Assembly: GCA_963815115.1 (NCBI GenBank)
Contig: CAWFFN010000005.1
Location: 992,001 to 1,056,000 of the forward strand
DNA length: 64,000 nt
Source: an uncultured delta proteobacterium
Lineage (GTDB): Bacteria > Desulfobacterota > Binatia > DP-6
Direction: 5' to 3'
How positions within the stretch are numbered: position 1 is the first letter of the stretch; the number at the start of each line of letters is the position of its first letter. Positions 1 to 11,851 of the stretch are shown here, piece after piece. The position numbers were made by a program, and so were the translations under genes. The notes below the pieces were generated by a model, which saw nothing but the letters and a program-made list of their open reading frames with translations, was not told the origin of the DNA and searched no databases.

Positions 1-998
<998 letters not shown>

Positions 999-1007
999 CG
1001 CGTGTCC

Positions 1008-1568
1008 TCAGTCGGTGCCCGACTCGAGCTCCTCGAGCACGAGCTGGTCGTTGGTGTAGACACAGATGGAGGCCGCGATGCGCAGGGCCTCCTCCACCAC
1101 CTGTCGGGCGTCGAGCGGCGAGTGGCGCACGAGCGCGCGCGCCGCGGCCATCGCGAAGTTTCCGCCCGAGCCAATGGCGCACACGCCGTCCTCGGGCTCG
1201 ATGACGTCGCCGGTCCCGGACACGATCAACGAGGACTCGCGATCGGCGACCACCAGCAGCGCCTCGAGCCGCCGCAGCAACCGGTCGGTGCGCCAGTCCC
1301 TCGACAGCTCGACGGCCGCCCGCCGCAGATTGCCGCTGACCGCTTGCAGCTTCACCTCGAAGCGCTCGAAGAGCGTGAGCGCGTCGGCGCCCGCGCCCGC
1401 GAAGCCGGCGAGGACCCGATCGTGGTGGAGGCGACGCACCTTGCGGGCGTTGTGCTTCAGCACCGTCTGCCCGAGGGTGACCTGGCCGTCGCCTCCCAGC
1501 ACCACGCGGTTCCGGTGACGCACCGACAGGATGGTCGTGCCGTGCAGCTCAGGCTCTCGGGTGCGCAC
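1008..1568 (-). CDS. hslV: ATP-dependent protease peptidase subunit HslV
   Basis: HGTTILSVR (catalytic Thr after propeptide), [24 protein letters not shown] motifs. Confidence 0.97.
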   Translation of the reverse strand: MRTREPELHGTTILSVRHRNRVVLGGDGQVTLGQTVLKHNARKVRRLHHDRVLAGFAGAGADALTLFERFEVKLQAVSGNLRRAAVELSRDWRTDRLLRRLEALLVVADRESSLIVSGTGDVIEPEDGVCAIGSGGNFAMAAARALVRHSPLDARQVVEEALRIAASICVYTNDQLVLEELESGTD

Positions 1569-2445
1569 GATCGTAGGCGTCCATGAGGTGTCGCAGGTCG
1601 ACGTGGGTGTAGCGCTGGGTCGTCGACAAGCTGGCGTGTCCGAGCAGCTCCTGGATGGCGCGCAGGTCGGCGCCCGCGCCGAGGAGATGCGTCGCGAAGG
1701 TATGGCGGAGCGCGTGCGGCGTGGCGCGCGCCGGCGTCCCGGACGCGGCGACGTAGCGCGCCATCAGCCGGTCGACGCTGCGTGACGTCAACCGACCACC
1801 CGCTCGATTGCGGAAGACGGGACCGCCCGTGGCGTCGAGGCCGGCGGCGGCGCACCCCGTCCGGTAGCGCGCGAGCGCGCGCAAGGCCGGCCGACCGACC
1901 GGCACCACGCGCTCCTTGCGACCCTTGCCGAGGACGCGCACCGAGCCGCTCTCCGCGTCGAGGTGCGGCCAGTCGAGACCGGTGAGCTCGGAGACGCGGA
2001 GGCCCGAGGAGTAGAGCAGCTCGAGGATGGCGGCGTCGCGCAGTCCGGACAGCGTGTCGGCGGACGGCACGGCCAGGAGGCGATCGACGTCGTCGAGGGT
2101 CAGGTGGGTGGGCAGCGAACGCCGCACCTTCGGGGTGGCGATGCCTGCCGTCGGGTCACGGGCGAGCCGTCCGGTCCGCGTGCAGAAATGGAAGAAGCCG
2201 CGCACGGCGGCCAGCTTCCGGGCGATCGACGTGCGCTCTGCCTTGCCGTCCAGGCCCCGCAGCCAGTGTCTGACCGCGTCGGGGCCGATCGAGGCGAGGG
2301 TGGACCCCGGCGCGGCGTCGAGAAAGCCGCGCACGTCGGCGAGGTAGGCTCGCGTGGTGTGCGGGGAGGCGTGTCGTTCGGCACGCAGATGGGTGGCGAA
2401 GGCGGCGACGGCGTCCGCAGTGCCCTGCGCCGTCCTTGTCGGCAT
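1549..2445 (-). CDS. xerC: Tyrosine recombinase XerC
   Basis: [47 protein letters not shown]; conserved xerC-hslV-hslU order; start taken at ATG 2445 (298 aa). Confidence 0.9.
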   Translation of the reverse strand: MPTRTAQGTADAVAAFATHLRAERHASPHTTRAYLADVRGFLDAAPGSTLASIGPDAVRHWLRGLDGKAERTSIARKLAAVRGFFHFCTRTGRLARDPTAGIATPKVRRSLPTHLTLDDVDRLLAVPSADTLSGLRDAAILELLYSSGLRVSELTGLDWPHLDAESGSVRVLGKGRKERVVPVGRPALRALARYRTGCAAAGLDATGGPVFRNRAGGRLTSRSVDRLMARYVAASGTPARATPHALRHTFATHLLGAGADLRAIQELLGHASLSTTQRYTHVDLRHLMDAYDRAHPRA

Positions 2446-2455
2446 ACGCGACGCG

Positions 2456-2914
2456 ATGCTATCAACCGGGTCCGGACGGAACAAGGTGACGGTGTCGACG
2501 ACGCGCGCGGCGAGTCTCCGCGTCTGGCTCAGCGGCGCGGCGATGTTGCTGGCCGTCGCCTGCCACCCCGATCCGGCCACGCCTCGCGGCACCGCGGAAG
2601 GATTTCTCGACGCGCACTACGTCCACATCGATCTTCCGTCGGCGCTTCCGTTCACCAGCGGGGTGGCCCGCCACAAGGTCGAGTCGGAGATCGAGCTGGT
2701 GAAAGGGATCACGATCGACGACGCAACCCGCAAGCCGACGGTGCACTACTCGCTGCTGGAGGAGCGTCCGGACGGCGCGGAGGCGGTGAGCTACGTCTAC
2801 CGGGGCAGCGTCGCCGTCGAGGGGGCCGACTCCTTCGAGCGGCGCTGGCTGGTCACCGTGCGCCGGGAGCCCGAGGGCTGGCGCGTCACCAACTACCAGG
2901 AGTTCGAGCAATGA
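2456..2914 (+). CDS. Hypothetical lipoprotein (start uncertain)
   Basis: Lipobox-like LLAVAC, then a small domain ending GWRVTNY; ATGA overlap with next gene. Confidence 0.6.
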   Translation: MLSTGSGRNKVTVSTTRAASLRVWLSGAAMLLAVACHPDPATPRGTAEGFLDAHYVHIDLPSALPFTSGVARHKVESEIELVKGITIDDATRKPTVHYSLLEERPDGAEAVSYVYRGSVAVEGADSFERRWLVTVRREPEGWRVTNYQEFEQ

Positions 2915-3705
2915 GTCGTCATCTCTCGATCGGGCTGCTCGTGGGTCTCGTCCTCGTCGGCGGTCCAGTGGCGGCCATGACCGGGCGCGAGGTCATCGAC
3001 ACGGCGCAGCAGCGCAACGGCTTCTCCACCTGGCACGACCGCACCGCCGCCGCGACCATGGAGACGTGGGACAAGGGAACCCTCGCCCGCACCCGCGAGA
3101 TCGACGTCACCGAGCAGACCGACCCGCGCGGCGAGCATCGGACCTTCCTCCGCTTCACGTCGCCGGCTGACGTCCAGAACACGCGGTTCCTCCACCTCTC
3201 GCCGCGCGACGACAAGGATCAGCAGTGGCTGTGGGCGCCCACCACGCGACGGGTACGACGCCTGGGCGACGCCCAGCGCGACGAGAACTTCTTCGGTACC
3301 GATCTGAGCTACCGGGACCTCGAGCTCCTGGTGCGGATCCAGCAGTGGAACGACGCCGAGGCCACCGCCACGCTGGTCGGAGAGGAGACGGTCGAAGGAC
3401 ACCCGTCCCGCATCGTGGAGCTGGTGCCCAAGAACAAGGAGTTTCCGTACTCCAAGTACCGGCTCTGGTTCGGCACCGACGATTTCCTGCTCTGGCGCGT
3501 CGACTTCTACGAGGACGACACGACCGTCCTGAAGCGCGTCACCCCGAAGCGTTACGAGAAGGTCGGCGCCTACCAGACCGCCGTCGAGTCGGACATTGCC
3601 AACCTCCCCGCGAACACCCGCACGAACTTCACGCTGCGCAACGTGCGCTACGACAACGGCGTGCCCGAGGGCATCTTCACGGTCTCCAACCTCGACAAGG
3701 GGTGA
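2911..3705 (+). CDS. Outer-membrane lipoprotein-sorting (LolA-like) protein
   Basis: Signal peptide MSRHLSIGLLVGLVLVGGPVAA; FTSPADV..TRFL, QWLWAP..RRVRR, FFGTDLSYRDL signature. Confidence 0.8.
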   Translation: MSRHLSIGLLVGLVLVGGPVAAMTGREVIDTAQQRNGFSTWHDRTAAATMETWDKGTLARTREIDVTEQTDPRGEHRTFLRFTSPADVQNTRFLHLSPRDDKDQQWLWAPTTRRVRRLGDAQRDENFFGTDLSYRDLELLVRIQQWNDAEATATLVGEETVEGHPSRIVELVPKNKEFPYSKYRLWFGTDDFLLWRVDFYEDDTTVLKRVTPKRYEKVGAYQTAVESDIANLPANTRTNFTLRNVRYDNGVPEGIFTVSNLDKG

Positions 3706-3809
3706 GGCCTCTCGCTCGACTCCCGCGACGTCCGCCCTTTCCCTCGTGACGGACGCCCGACGAGTGCGATAGAGTCGCTGGACATGCGCGGGAGAGCCTT
3801 CAGGTAGCA

Positions 3810-5225
3810 ATGAGCAAGCACGTCGTGATCCTGGGCGCAGGCCTCGCCGGCCTGGCATGTGCGTACGAGCTTGCCAAGGCCGGCCAGCGCGTCACCGTGC
3901 TCGAGCGCGAGGAGCACGTCGGCGGCATGGCGTCGTCCTTCGTCGAGGAGGGATCGGAGCACTGGTCCTACGACTTCGGGCCGCACCGCTTCCACACCCA
4001 CGACGAGGATCTCAAGGCACACGTCAAGGAGGTCCTGAACGGGAACTGCCGCGAGGCGAAGCGGCTGTCGCGCATCGTGCTGTTCAACCGCTTCTTCGAC
4101 TACCCTCTCAAGGCCGGAAACGTGCTGCGGAACCTCCCGACCCGTCTGCTCGTGCGGGCGTTCCTCGACTACGCGTGGGTGCGATTCAAGGACGTGACCC
4201 GCCTCGAGCGCTTCCAGGACGACAACTTCGAGACCTGGGTCACCCGCCGCTTCGGCCGCACGCTCTACCGGCTCTTCTTCGGTCAGTACACCGAGAAGGC
4301 CTGGGGCATGCCGCCGAACCGCATCTCGGCCGACTGGGCGAGCCAGCGGATCTCGCTCCTGAGTCTCGCCGACACGGTGAAGAAGACGCTCTTCCGGCCG
4401 CGTGACGTGCCGCGCACGCTGGTGACCGATTTCATCTACCCGGACCAGGGCGGGATCGGCGAGCTGGCGCGCGGGTACACGCGGGCGATCCGGGACCTCG
4501 GCGGCACGGTGCTCGTGGACATGCCCGCCGTGCGCGTGCATCGCGACGGCTCGTGGATCACGCGGATCGAATACGGCCTGAGGGAGCGGAAGTTCGTCGA
4601 GGGCGATGCCTACGTGTCGACGATTCCCATCACGGCGCTGGCCCGCGCGCTCGTTCCTCCGGCACCGCCGGAGGTTCGCAAGGCCATCGCCTCGCTGGGC
4701 TACATCTCGATCGTCTTCATCTACCTCAAGGTCGACAAGCCGCAGGTGTCGCCCGACAACTGGCTCTACCTGCCGGAGAAGCACCTCACCGTGCACCGCA
4801 TCTCGGAGTTCAAGAACTTCAGCCCGCATTGCGCCCCGTCCGACAAGACGATGGTCTGCGCCGAGATCACCTGCCGTGGCGGCGACGAGATCTGGCGCGC
4901 GAGCGTCGAGGAGCTGCGGGACATCGCCGTGCGCGACCTCGAGAGCGTCGGCCTTCTGCATCGCTCCGAGGTGCTCGGTGCGTTCGTGAAGAAGATCCCC
5001 TATGCCTATCCGGTCTACGACGTGGAGTACCGCACGCACCTGACGCCGATCCTGGAGTACGTCCACACCCTCCGCAACATCCGCACCGGGGGACGCCAGG
5101 GGCTGTTCCGCTACAACAACATGGATCAGTCGGTCGAGATGGGCCGCCGCATGGCGTGGTCGATCCTGCAGGACGCCGACGCCGGCCACGAGGCGGTCGC
5201 CACCGGGGAGGGCTACTTCGGTTGA
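3810..5225 (+). CDS. FAD-dependent oxidoreductase (UDP-galactopyranose mutase/protoporphyrinogen oxidase-like superfamily)
   Basis: GAGLAG dinucleotide motif, DFGPHRF, GRQGLFRYNNMDQS C-terminal motif typical of glycan-cluster flavoproteins. Confidence 0.8.
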   Translation: MSKHVVILGAGLAGLACAYELAKAGQRVTVLEREEHVGGMASSFVEEGSEHWSYDFGPHRFHTHDEDLKAHVKEVLNGNCREAKRLSRIVLFNRFFDYPLKAGNVLRNLPTRLLVRAFLDYAWVRFKDVTRLERFQDDNFETWVTRRFGRTLYRLFFGQYTEKAWGMPPNRISADWASQRISLLSLADTVKKTLFRPRDVPRTLVTDFIYPDQGGIGELARGYTRAIRDLGGTVLVDMPAVRVHRDGSWITRIEYGLRERKFVEGDAYVSTIPITALARALVPPAPPEVRKAIASLGYISIVFIYLKVDKPQVSPDNWLYLPEKHLTVHRISEFKNFSPHCAPSDKTMVCAEITCRGGDEIWRASVEELRDIAVRDLESVGLLHRSEVLGAFVKKIPYAYPVYDVEYRTHLTPILEYVHTLRNIRTGGRQGLFRYNNMDQSVEMGRRMAWSILQDADAGHEAVATGEGYFG

Positions 5226-6193
5226 CGCCCGCCCTCGAGGCCGGCGCCCCGCTGACGCCGGCGCCGCCGGAGAGCGCCCCCGGGCGCATCGCGGTCCCGC
5301 GCTGCCTGCTCTGCGGCAGCGAGCGCGCCGATGCCCTGTTCGTCGAGCCGCCCCACACGGTCGTGCGCTGCGTCTCGTGCGGTCTCGTCTGGGTGACGCC
5401 GCGCTTCACGGAACGGTCACTCGCTGCGGTGTACGACGCGAGCTACTGGCGGTCGGTCGCGCCGCGGGCGCGCGGCTACGCCGATTACCGGCGCGACCAG
5501 CCCCTGTACTTGAAGACGTTTCGCAAGCGGCTCGCGGTCGTGCGGCGCCACGTCTCCCGTGCGGGTACGCTGCTCGACGTCGGCTGCGCCGCCGGCTTCT
5601 TCATGCAGGTGATGCGCGACGAAGGCTGGACGGTGTACGGCGTCGAGCCCTCGGCGGGGATCGTCGCCCATGCGCGCGAGCACCTCGGGCTCGGCACCAT
5701 CCACGTCGGGACGCTCGACGGCGCGCCGCACGCCCCGGGCACGTTCGACCTCGTCACGTTGTGGGACGTCATCGAGCACGTGCCCGATCCGATCGCCTTG
5801 CTGCGGCGTGCGCGCGAGCTGCTCCACCCGGACGGCACCCTCATCCTGGAGACCCAGGACGTCGACAGCCTGGTGGCCCGCCTGCTCGGCAGGCGGTGGC
5901 ATCACTTCAAGCACGACGAGCACCTCTATCACTTCGGCCGTTCCACGGTCCGCGCGCTGCTCGCCCGCGCCGGCCTGCACGTCGTCGAGATGGCCCACGG
6001 CTCGGCGGGGAAGTACGTCTCGCTGGGCTTCGTCGCGGAGCGCGCGGCCCGGATCCACCCCGCGCTGTCGCGCCTGCTGCGGCCGCTCGCCCGCGCGGAG
6101 AAGGCCAACCTCTACGTCAACCTGGGCGACGAGATGATCGTCGTCGCCCGCCCGGACCGCGCTTCGACCGAGCGCGGCCGCGGCGAAACGTGA
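5222..6193 (+). CDS. Class I SAM-dependent methyltransferase with N-terminal CxxC..CxxC Zn ribbon
   Basis: CLLC...CVSC, LLDVGCAAG, WDVIEH, EHLYHF; TTG start overlapping upstream stop. Confidence 0.8.
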   Translation: MTPALEAGAPLTPAPPESAPGRIAVPRCLLCGSERADALFVEPPHTVVRCVSCGLVWVTPRFTERSLAAVYDASYWRSVAPRARGYADYRRDQPLYLKTFRKRLAVVRRHVSRAGTLLDVGCAAGFFMQVMRDEGWTVYGVEPSAGIVAHAREHLGLGTIHVGTLDGAPHAPGTFDLVTLWDVIEHVPDPIALLRRARELLHPDGTLILETQDVDSLVARLLGRRWHHFKHDEHLYHFGRSTVRALLARAGLHVVEMAHGSAGKYVSLGFVAERAARIHPALSRLLRPLARAEKANLYVNLGDEMIVVARPDRASTERGRGET

Positions 6194-6200
6194 GACGCGG

Positions 6201-6941
6201 ATGGACGCGACCGCCTACCGGCAGTTCGCAGAACTGGAGGACAGCCATTTCTGGTTCCTCGCCCGGCGCCGGATATTCTTCCATCTGCTCGATCGGCTGC
6301 TCGAGGGACGCCAGGGACTTCGCATCCTCGAGATCGGGTGCGGGAGCGGCGGCATGCTCCGGACGCTGTCACGCTACGGCGAGGTCATGGGACTCGACAT
6401 CTCGCTCGACGTTCTTCGCTTCGCGCGCTCCCGGGGTGGGGAGGGGCTGTGTGTCGCATCGGGCCACGCGCTGCCGGTCCAGCCGCATTCGCTCGATCTG
6501 ATCACGCTGTTCGACGCCATCGAGCACATCCCGGACGACGTCCAGGTCCTCCAGGAGTGTCATCGTGCGCTCAAGCCGGGGGGCCTCGTCTTCCTGTCGG
6601 TCCCCGCGTACCAGTTCCTGTACGCGAACAACGACCGGGTCGCGCACCACTTGCGTCGCTACACGCGACGCCAGCTCCGGCATCGACTGTCGGCCGCCGG
6701 CCTGGCCCCGGTCAAGGTCACCTACTTCAACACGCTCCTCTTCCCGCTGATCCTCCCCACCGTGCTCATGAAGAAGCTCCAGGAATCGTTCCGGCCGGTC
6801 GGGGATCGGACCAATCTGTCGCACCACGTGCCGGCGCCGCTCAACCGGCTGCTCGCCGACGTCATCGGCAGCGAGCGACATCTGCTCTCCGGCATGAACT
6901 TCCCCTTCGGGCACTCGATCATCGGCGTCGGGCGCGCCTGA
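6201..6941 (+). CDS. Class I SAM-dependent methyltransferase
   Basis: HFWF..RR, ILEIGCGSG, DAIEHI, VPAYQFL...D..AHHLRRY. Confidence 0.85.
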   Translation: MDATAYRQFAELEDSHFWFLARRRIFFHLLDRLLEGRQGLRILEIGCGSGGMLRTLSRYGEVMGLDISLDVLRFARSRGGEGLCVASGHALPVQPHSLDLITLFDAIEHIPDDVQVLQECHRALKPGGLVFLSVPAYQFLYANNDRVAHHLRRYTRRQLRHRLSAAGLAPVKVTYFNTLLFPLILPTVLMKKLQESFRPVGDRTNLSHHVPAPLNRLLADVIGSERHLLSGMNFPFGHSIIGVGRA

Positions 6942-9243
6942 CGCCCGGCCGTCGGAGCGAGGCCAGCGAGACGGCGAGGATCGCCGCCAGGGCGAGGCTG
7001 CTGATGGTGGCGCCGGTCCGGAAGGTCGCCGGGCGGTAGGCGAACTCGACGCGATGGTCACCCGCGGGGACGGGAACGCCCCGGAACAGGTAATCGGCGC
7101 GCAGGATCGGCGCGGGCTCTCCGTCGACCGTCGCCTGCCAGCCCGGATAGTACTGGTCGGTCAGCACGAGCAGCCCTGGTGGACCGCTCGTCTCGACCAC
7201 GACACGTCCCGGACGATACTCGCTGATGCGAGCCTGCGAAGGGCCCGCCGTGCCGCCCGCGGCGGGCGGCACGGCGACCGGTTGCTCGACGAGAGCCACC
7301 TGGAGCGGGTCGATCGCGCTCAGTCGATCGAGCAGCCGATCCGGCTCCTCGATGGTGACGATGCTCGGTGCCACGAAGGCACGCGGCACGGCGTGCGGGT
7401 CCTCGTAGAGAGACACGCCGGCCTCTCGCCGGACGAGTCGCCACGCGCGCTCCACGTCCAGGGAGGGATCGAGGTAGCGCTCCTTGTCGCTGTCCTGGAT
7501 GAGGAAGAAGCGGATGCCGAGAAGGGACGCGAGCCGGACGTTGCTCGGGGCGAGATGGAGGGGAACGTAGCCGAAGGGATCGATCGGCCATCCCTCGAGG
7601 AAGGCGCCCGGGGCCTGAAAGCGCAGGTAGCGCTCGATGCGGGCGCTGGCGAGCCCCTCGTAGTCCGTCGGCAGCCAGAGGCCGTGCACCTGGCCCGCCT
7701 TGGCGACGTCGGAGAAGAAGTAGAGCGGGTCGTCGGGCCGGAAGGAGGCCCAGATGTACGTGCGCTCGAGCCCCTGCGCACCGAGGACCTCGCGGACGAA
7801 TGGATCGAGGCGCGCGAAGTAGGTGCCGAGCTGGGAGGGCAGCGCGCCGTGCACCGGGGTGCCGCGCCAGAGATCGACCAGCACGAGCGCGGCGATCGCG
7901 AGTGCCAGGGCGGACCGGGCACGGTGGCCCCGCAGTGCGCGCGCCGGCCAGCCGACGAGCGCCGCCGCGACGGCACAATAGAGCACTGCCAGCCAGGCGC
8001 CCGTACCGCGGGCCGCCGCGAGTGCGCCGATGGCGACGATGGCGAGTGCGCCGAGCGCGGGCCGCCACGCGCTGGATCGCCGTCCGATCTCGTCCAGCCC
8101 CGCGCCGCACAGGACGGCGACCGCGAAGCCGAATACCACCAGGGCGCGGTCCGGTCCGCGGAACCAGCTGCCGCCGGGCAGGTGATAGAGGATCGGATAC
8201 ACGAAGGCGTGCGGCCCGAAGGCGTAGAGCACGGAGCCGGCGCCGATGCCGGCGATTGCCAGGGCCATGCCTCTCGCCCGCCACAGCACCACGCCGGCCA
8301 GCGCGAGGGCGAGCGGGACGATCCCGACGTAACCCTCGCGGAGCACGCCGGGGTAGGCGAGCCCGAGCTGCGGGTGCGGGCTCGGCTCCGCGCTGACGAG
8401 ATTGCGCAGGAAGATGCTCGGGTCCGCGGACATGCTCGCACTGACCTCGATCGGCAGGCTTCCCGGCGGTCGCCAGCTCTCCCGGGCGAGCTCGGCCGCG
8501 GGGACCAGCCGCACCGCGGCGAGCGCCACTCCGAGCCCGAACGCGCACGCCAGCACCGCGGTCGCGCGGAGCGCAACGCGTGCGCCGGCGTGGCGCCAGC
8601 GCCGGACGACGCCGTAGGCGACCAGCGGCACCAGGGTCCAGGCGGTGAAGTAGGCGAACTGGAGTCCGTGACCACCGAGCAGGCTCACCCCGAAGGTGGC
8701 CGCCAGCAGAGCGCAGCGGCGCGGGGTGGGGCGCTCGAGGATGCGGTGCGTGAGCAGGAAGATCGCGGGCATCCAGGCGACGGACGCGAGATAGCTCGGA
8801 TAGTGCAGCTTGATCATCATGCCGCCCTGGAAGGCGAACACGATCCCCGCGACGAGCGCGGCGGGGGCGCGCATCCCGAGGGCCCGGCAGAGCAGGTGCA
8901 TCGTGACGCCAGCGATCGCGAGGTGCAGCACGATGTCCACGGTGATGGCGGTCGCCGGCGGCAGGAAGAGAAACGTCACGTACAGCGGATAGAGGAAGCC
9001 GACGATGGGCGAGGCGAGCAGCGGCACGCCGGCCAGCTGGTGGGGGTTCCACAGGGGGAGTGCTCCGGCGCGCATCTGGTCGAAGCCGTAGCGCAGCATC
9101 GGGTAGTAGTAGGCGACGAGATCGCTGACCGACGGCCCCGTCGGGCTCTGGGCGACGCTCAGCACCTTCACCTCGAGGAAGACGGCGCCCAGCACGAGGT
9201 AGAGCGCCGCCGCTCGGAGGAGCGTCATCGGGACGCGAACCAT
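6919..9243 (-). CDS. YfhO-family membrane protein (GT-C-like glycosyltransferase); start may be 9228
   Basis: YYP...LPLWNP...GVPLLA...LYP N-terminus, many TM helices, C-terminal LVLTDQYYPGWQATVDG...GDHRVEFAYRP. Confidence 0.8.
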   Translation of the reverse strand: MVRVPMTLLRAAALYLVLGAVFLEVKVLSVAQSPTGPSVSDLVAYYYPMLRYGFDQMRAGALPLWNPHQLAGVPLLASPIVGFLYPLYVTFLFLPPATAITVDIVLHLAIAGVTMHLLCRALGMRAPAALVAGIVFAFQGGMMIKLHYPSYLASVAWMPAIFLLTHRILERPTPRRCALLAATFGVSLLGGHGLQFAYFTAWTLVPLVAYGVVRRWRHAGARVALRATAVLACAFGLGVALAAVRLVPAAELARESWRPPGSLPIEVSASMSADPSIFLRNLVSAEPSPHPQLGLAYPGVLREGYVGIVPLALALAGVVLWRARGMALAIAGIGAGSVLYAFGPHAFVYPILYHLPGGSWFRGPDRALVVFGFAVAVLCGAGLDEIGRRSSAWRPALGALAIVAIGALAAARGTGAWLAVLYCAVAAALVGWPARALRGHRARSALALAIAALVLVDLWRGTPVHGALPSQLGTYFARLDPFVREVLGAQGLERTYIWASFRPDDPLYFFSDVAKAGQVHGLWLPTDYEGLASARIERYLRFQAPGAFLEGWPIDPFGYVPLHLAPSNVRLASLLGIRFFLIQDSDKERYLDPSLDVERAWRLVRREAGVSLYEDPHAVPRAFVAPSIVTIEEPDRLLDRLSAIDPLQVALVEQPVAVPPAAGGTAGPSQARISEYRPGRVVVETSGPPGLLVLTDQYYPGWQATVDGEPAPILRADYLFRGVPVPAGDHRVEFAYRPATFRTGATISSLALAAILAVSLASLRRPGVRRARRR

Positions 9244-9289
9244 ATCCGGCGGTCGAACCGGGCGACAAGGGAGCGCGCGCGGACCGACT

Positions 9290-11851
9290 TCACTCGTCCC
9301 GCAAGGCGTCGAGGACCGGCAGCCGCGCGATCCGGCGGGCCGGCAGCAGGCCGGCGGGCACGCTCACCAGCGCGGCCGCGAGCGCCGCGAGCGGCACGCT
9401 GCCGAGCGAGAGGTGGAGATCGAGGTCCCAGCCCAGCTGGTAGGCGAAGTTCACCCGCACCCAGAGCACGGAGAGCAGGCAGCCCATGGCGAGACCGCCG
9501 ACGAAGCCGAGCACGCCGACGCCCGCCGCCTCGGCGACGACGCTGCGAGCGACCTGGCTCCGGGTCGTGCCCGCGGCGCGCAGCAGCGCGAGCTCGTGGC
9601 GCCGGTCGAGCGCGACCGCGAGGAGTGCCTCCGCCAGTCCGAGCGCGGCGACCACCAGGGGCAGGACCTCGAGCGCATGCGTGAAGCGGAAGGAGCGGCG
9701 CACGACGTCCTGGTGATAGGCGTAGAGCTCGCGCTGCGTCAGCACCTTCAGGCCCTCCTCGCGGCCGATGTCGGCGGCGATGGCGCGGCGCACGTTCTCC
9801 ACGGTGGCGTCCGGCGCCAGCGAGACGTGGAACCGGGTCACGGTCGGGTCTCCCCACCATCGCGTCCATGCGTCGCGGGTCATGATGATGCTGCCGCGCG
9901 GCGACACGTAGTCGACGACGATGCCCGCCACGGTCGGCTCGAAGCGTCCGCCGGGCGTGTCGAGGGCGAGGTGATCGCCGACGCGGACGCCGAAGAGGCG
10001 CGCGAAGTTGCTCGACACGAGGACCGCATCGCCCGCCCGCACCGCTGCCAGGGCGGCGGTCGGATCGCCCGCGGAGAAGACGAAGTCGTCACGCCGCTCG
10101 GACGCGAAGGCGCCGGTCTCGAGCGAGTCGACGCCGACGCGCTGGCCACGAAAGTCGTACTCCGCGAGACGCACGCGCTCGACCCGGACCACGCCGGGCA
10201 GCGCGGCGAGCCGGTCGCCGATCGATTCGGGAAGCGGCGACTCGATCCAGCCCGTCGCGGCCGTGGACGCGACCACCAGGTCGGCCCGCACCTGGTGGCG
10301 GATGAAGTCGAGGACGGACGCCTCGAAGCTGCGCGCCAGCGTTCCGGCCATCAGCATCAGCCCGAGCCCGAGGGCGAGCACCGCCCCCGCCAGCGCGAGT
10401 TGGTCCGGGATGCGAACCAGCCGATCCACGGCGAGCCGCGCCGCGAACCCGACGCGGGTTCGCAACGGACCCAGCACCACCGCGCTGAGCCCGCCGGCCA
10501 TCCGCATGAACAGGCAGACCAGGGCCACGTCCGTGGCGATCGCGGCGATGTTGCCCGCCCAGGCAGAATCGAGGCGAATCTGGGCCGCGAATCCCGCCAG
10601 CGCGACGAGGATCGCGCCGGGCACCACGCCCGGCGCGGGCCAGCGCCGTCCGACCGGCGTGCTGCCGGCCGTCCGGACGGCCGCGAGCGGCGAGATGGCG
10701 GTCGCGGTGCGGGCGGGGAGCAGCGCCGCCACCAGCGTGGCCCCGAGGCCCGCCGCCGCCCCGAGGGCGATGGCACGCGGCGACACGTCGAGGGCGGATC
10801 GGAACAACCGGAGCGAGAAGACCAGCTCGGCGGATTCGGTGACGGTGTCGAGCAGCAGGCGCGCCAGGACGACGCCCAGCAGGACGCCGAGCGCGGTGCC
10901 CACCACGCCGAGGAGCGCGGCCTCGCCAAGCACCAGACGGAGCACGTGGCGGCGCGCGGCCCCGATGCAGCGAAGCAGGCCGATCTGCTGCCGGCGTGCC
11001 GCGACGCTGGTGGAGACCGCGCTCGCCACCACGAAGATCGCGGCCAGCAGCGCGAGGCCCGAGATCCCCGAGAGCAGCGTGCGGTAGGAGCGCAGGATGC
11101 GCTCGATCTGCTCGCCGCGCCGGGCCGGGCGCAGTACCTCGGTGCCGGGCGGCAGCACGGCCCGCGCGGCGCGCTCGGCGGCGTCGACGTCCACGTCGGG
11201 CGCGAGGGCGATGTCGACCTGATCGATCAGACCCTCGCGACCGAGGACGGCCTGCGCCCCGACGACGTCCATCAGGAGCAGGTTGCCGCCGAACGCGCGT
11301 CCGACGCCCCCCGGGGGCAGGATGCCGCGCACGGTGAACGTGCGGACGCCGACCGGCGTGCGCAGCCGGAGCGTGGTGCCGACGCGGGCATCGATCCGGC
11401 GAGCGAAGACGTCGGTCAGGATGATGCTGGCCGGGTCGACCAGGAAGGACAGCGGATCGTCGACCACGTGGTCGCCCGAGCGCACGAGGCGGAGGGTCTT
11501 GATGGCATGGCCGTCGGTGACGTCGGCCGCGAAGACCGAGAGCGCCTCGCCGGCCGCGGCACCGTCGACGACGAAGAAGGTGTCGGTGAGGATCGGGACG
11601 GCGTGCTCCACGCCGGGCAGATCGCGCAGCCCGTCCGCGACCGCTTCGGGGAACGGGCCGTGGCCGCGCACCTGCAGGGCGGCGGTGCCGGCCAGATCCT
11701 CGATCGCGTCCGTGAAGGCGCCGAGGGTGCTCGCGTTGATGACCTCGATGGCCACCACGAGGGCGACGCCGCAGGCAATGCCCGCCGCGGTGAGGGCAGC
11801 GCGCGCCCCGTGACTGCGCAGCTGGCGGCGCATGAGGAGGAGGAGGGGCAT
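9290..11851 (-). CDS. ABC transporter permease, duplicated MacB-PCD/FtsX domains
   Basis: Two repeats of a periplasmic domain plus RRxxIGLLRxIGA / RRHELALLRAAG FtsX TM segments. Confidence 0.85.
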   Translation of the reverse strand: MPLLLLMRRQLRSHGARAALTAAGIACGVALVVAIEVINASTLGAFTDAIEDLAGTAALQVRGHGPFPEAVADGLRDLPGVEHAVPILTDTFFVVDGAAAGEALSVFAADVTDGHAIKTLRLVRSGDHVVDDPLSFLVDPASIILTDVFARRIDARVGTTLRLRTPVGVRTFTVRGILPPGGVGRAFGGNLLLMDVVGAQAVLGREGLIDQVDIALAPDVDVDAAERAARAVLPPGTEVLRPARRGEQIERILRSYRTLLSGISGLALLAAIFVVASAVSTSVAARRQQIGLLRCIGAARRHVLRLVLGEAALLGVVGTALGVLLGVVLARLLLDTVTESAELVFSLRLFRSALDVSPRAIALGAAAGLGATLVAALLPARTATAISPLAAVRTAGSTPVGRRWPAPGVVPGAILVALAGFAAQIRLDSAWAGNIAAIATDVALVCLFMRMAGGLSAVVLGPLRTRVGFAARLAVDRLVRIPDQLALAGAVLALGLGLMLMAGTLARSFEASVLDFIRHQVRADLVVASTAATGWIESPLPESIGDRLAALPGVVRVERVRLAEYDFRGQRVGVDSLETGAFASERRDDFVFSAGDPTAALAAVRAGDAVLVSSNFARLFGVRVGDHLALDTPGGRFEPTVAGIVVDYVSPRGSIIMTRDAWTRWWGDPTVTRFHVSLAPDATVENVRRAIAADIGREEGLKVLTQRELYAYHQDVVRRSFRFTHALEVLPLVVAALGLAEALLAVALDRRHELALLRAAGTTRSQVARSVVAEAAGVGVLGFVGGLAMGCLLSVLWVRVNFAYQLGWDLDLHLSLGSVPLAALAAALVSVPAGLLPARRIARLPVLDALRDE

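Noticed and set aside
1549-2445. Tyrosine recombinase as a prophage or island integrase
   Set aside because: About 300 aa, XerC-like, in the conserved xerC-hslV-hslU context with no mobile cargo.
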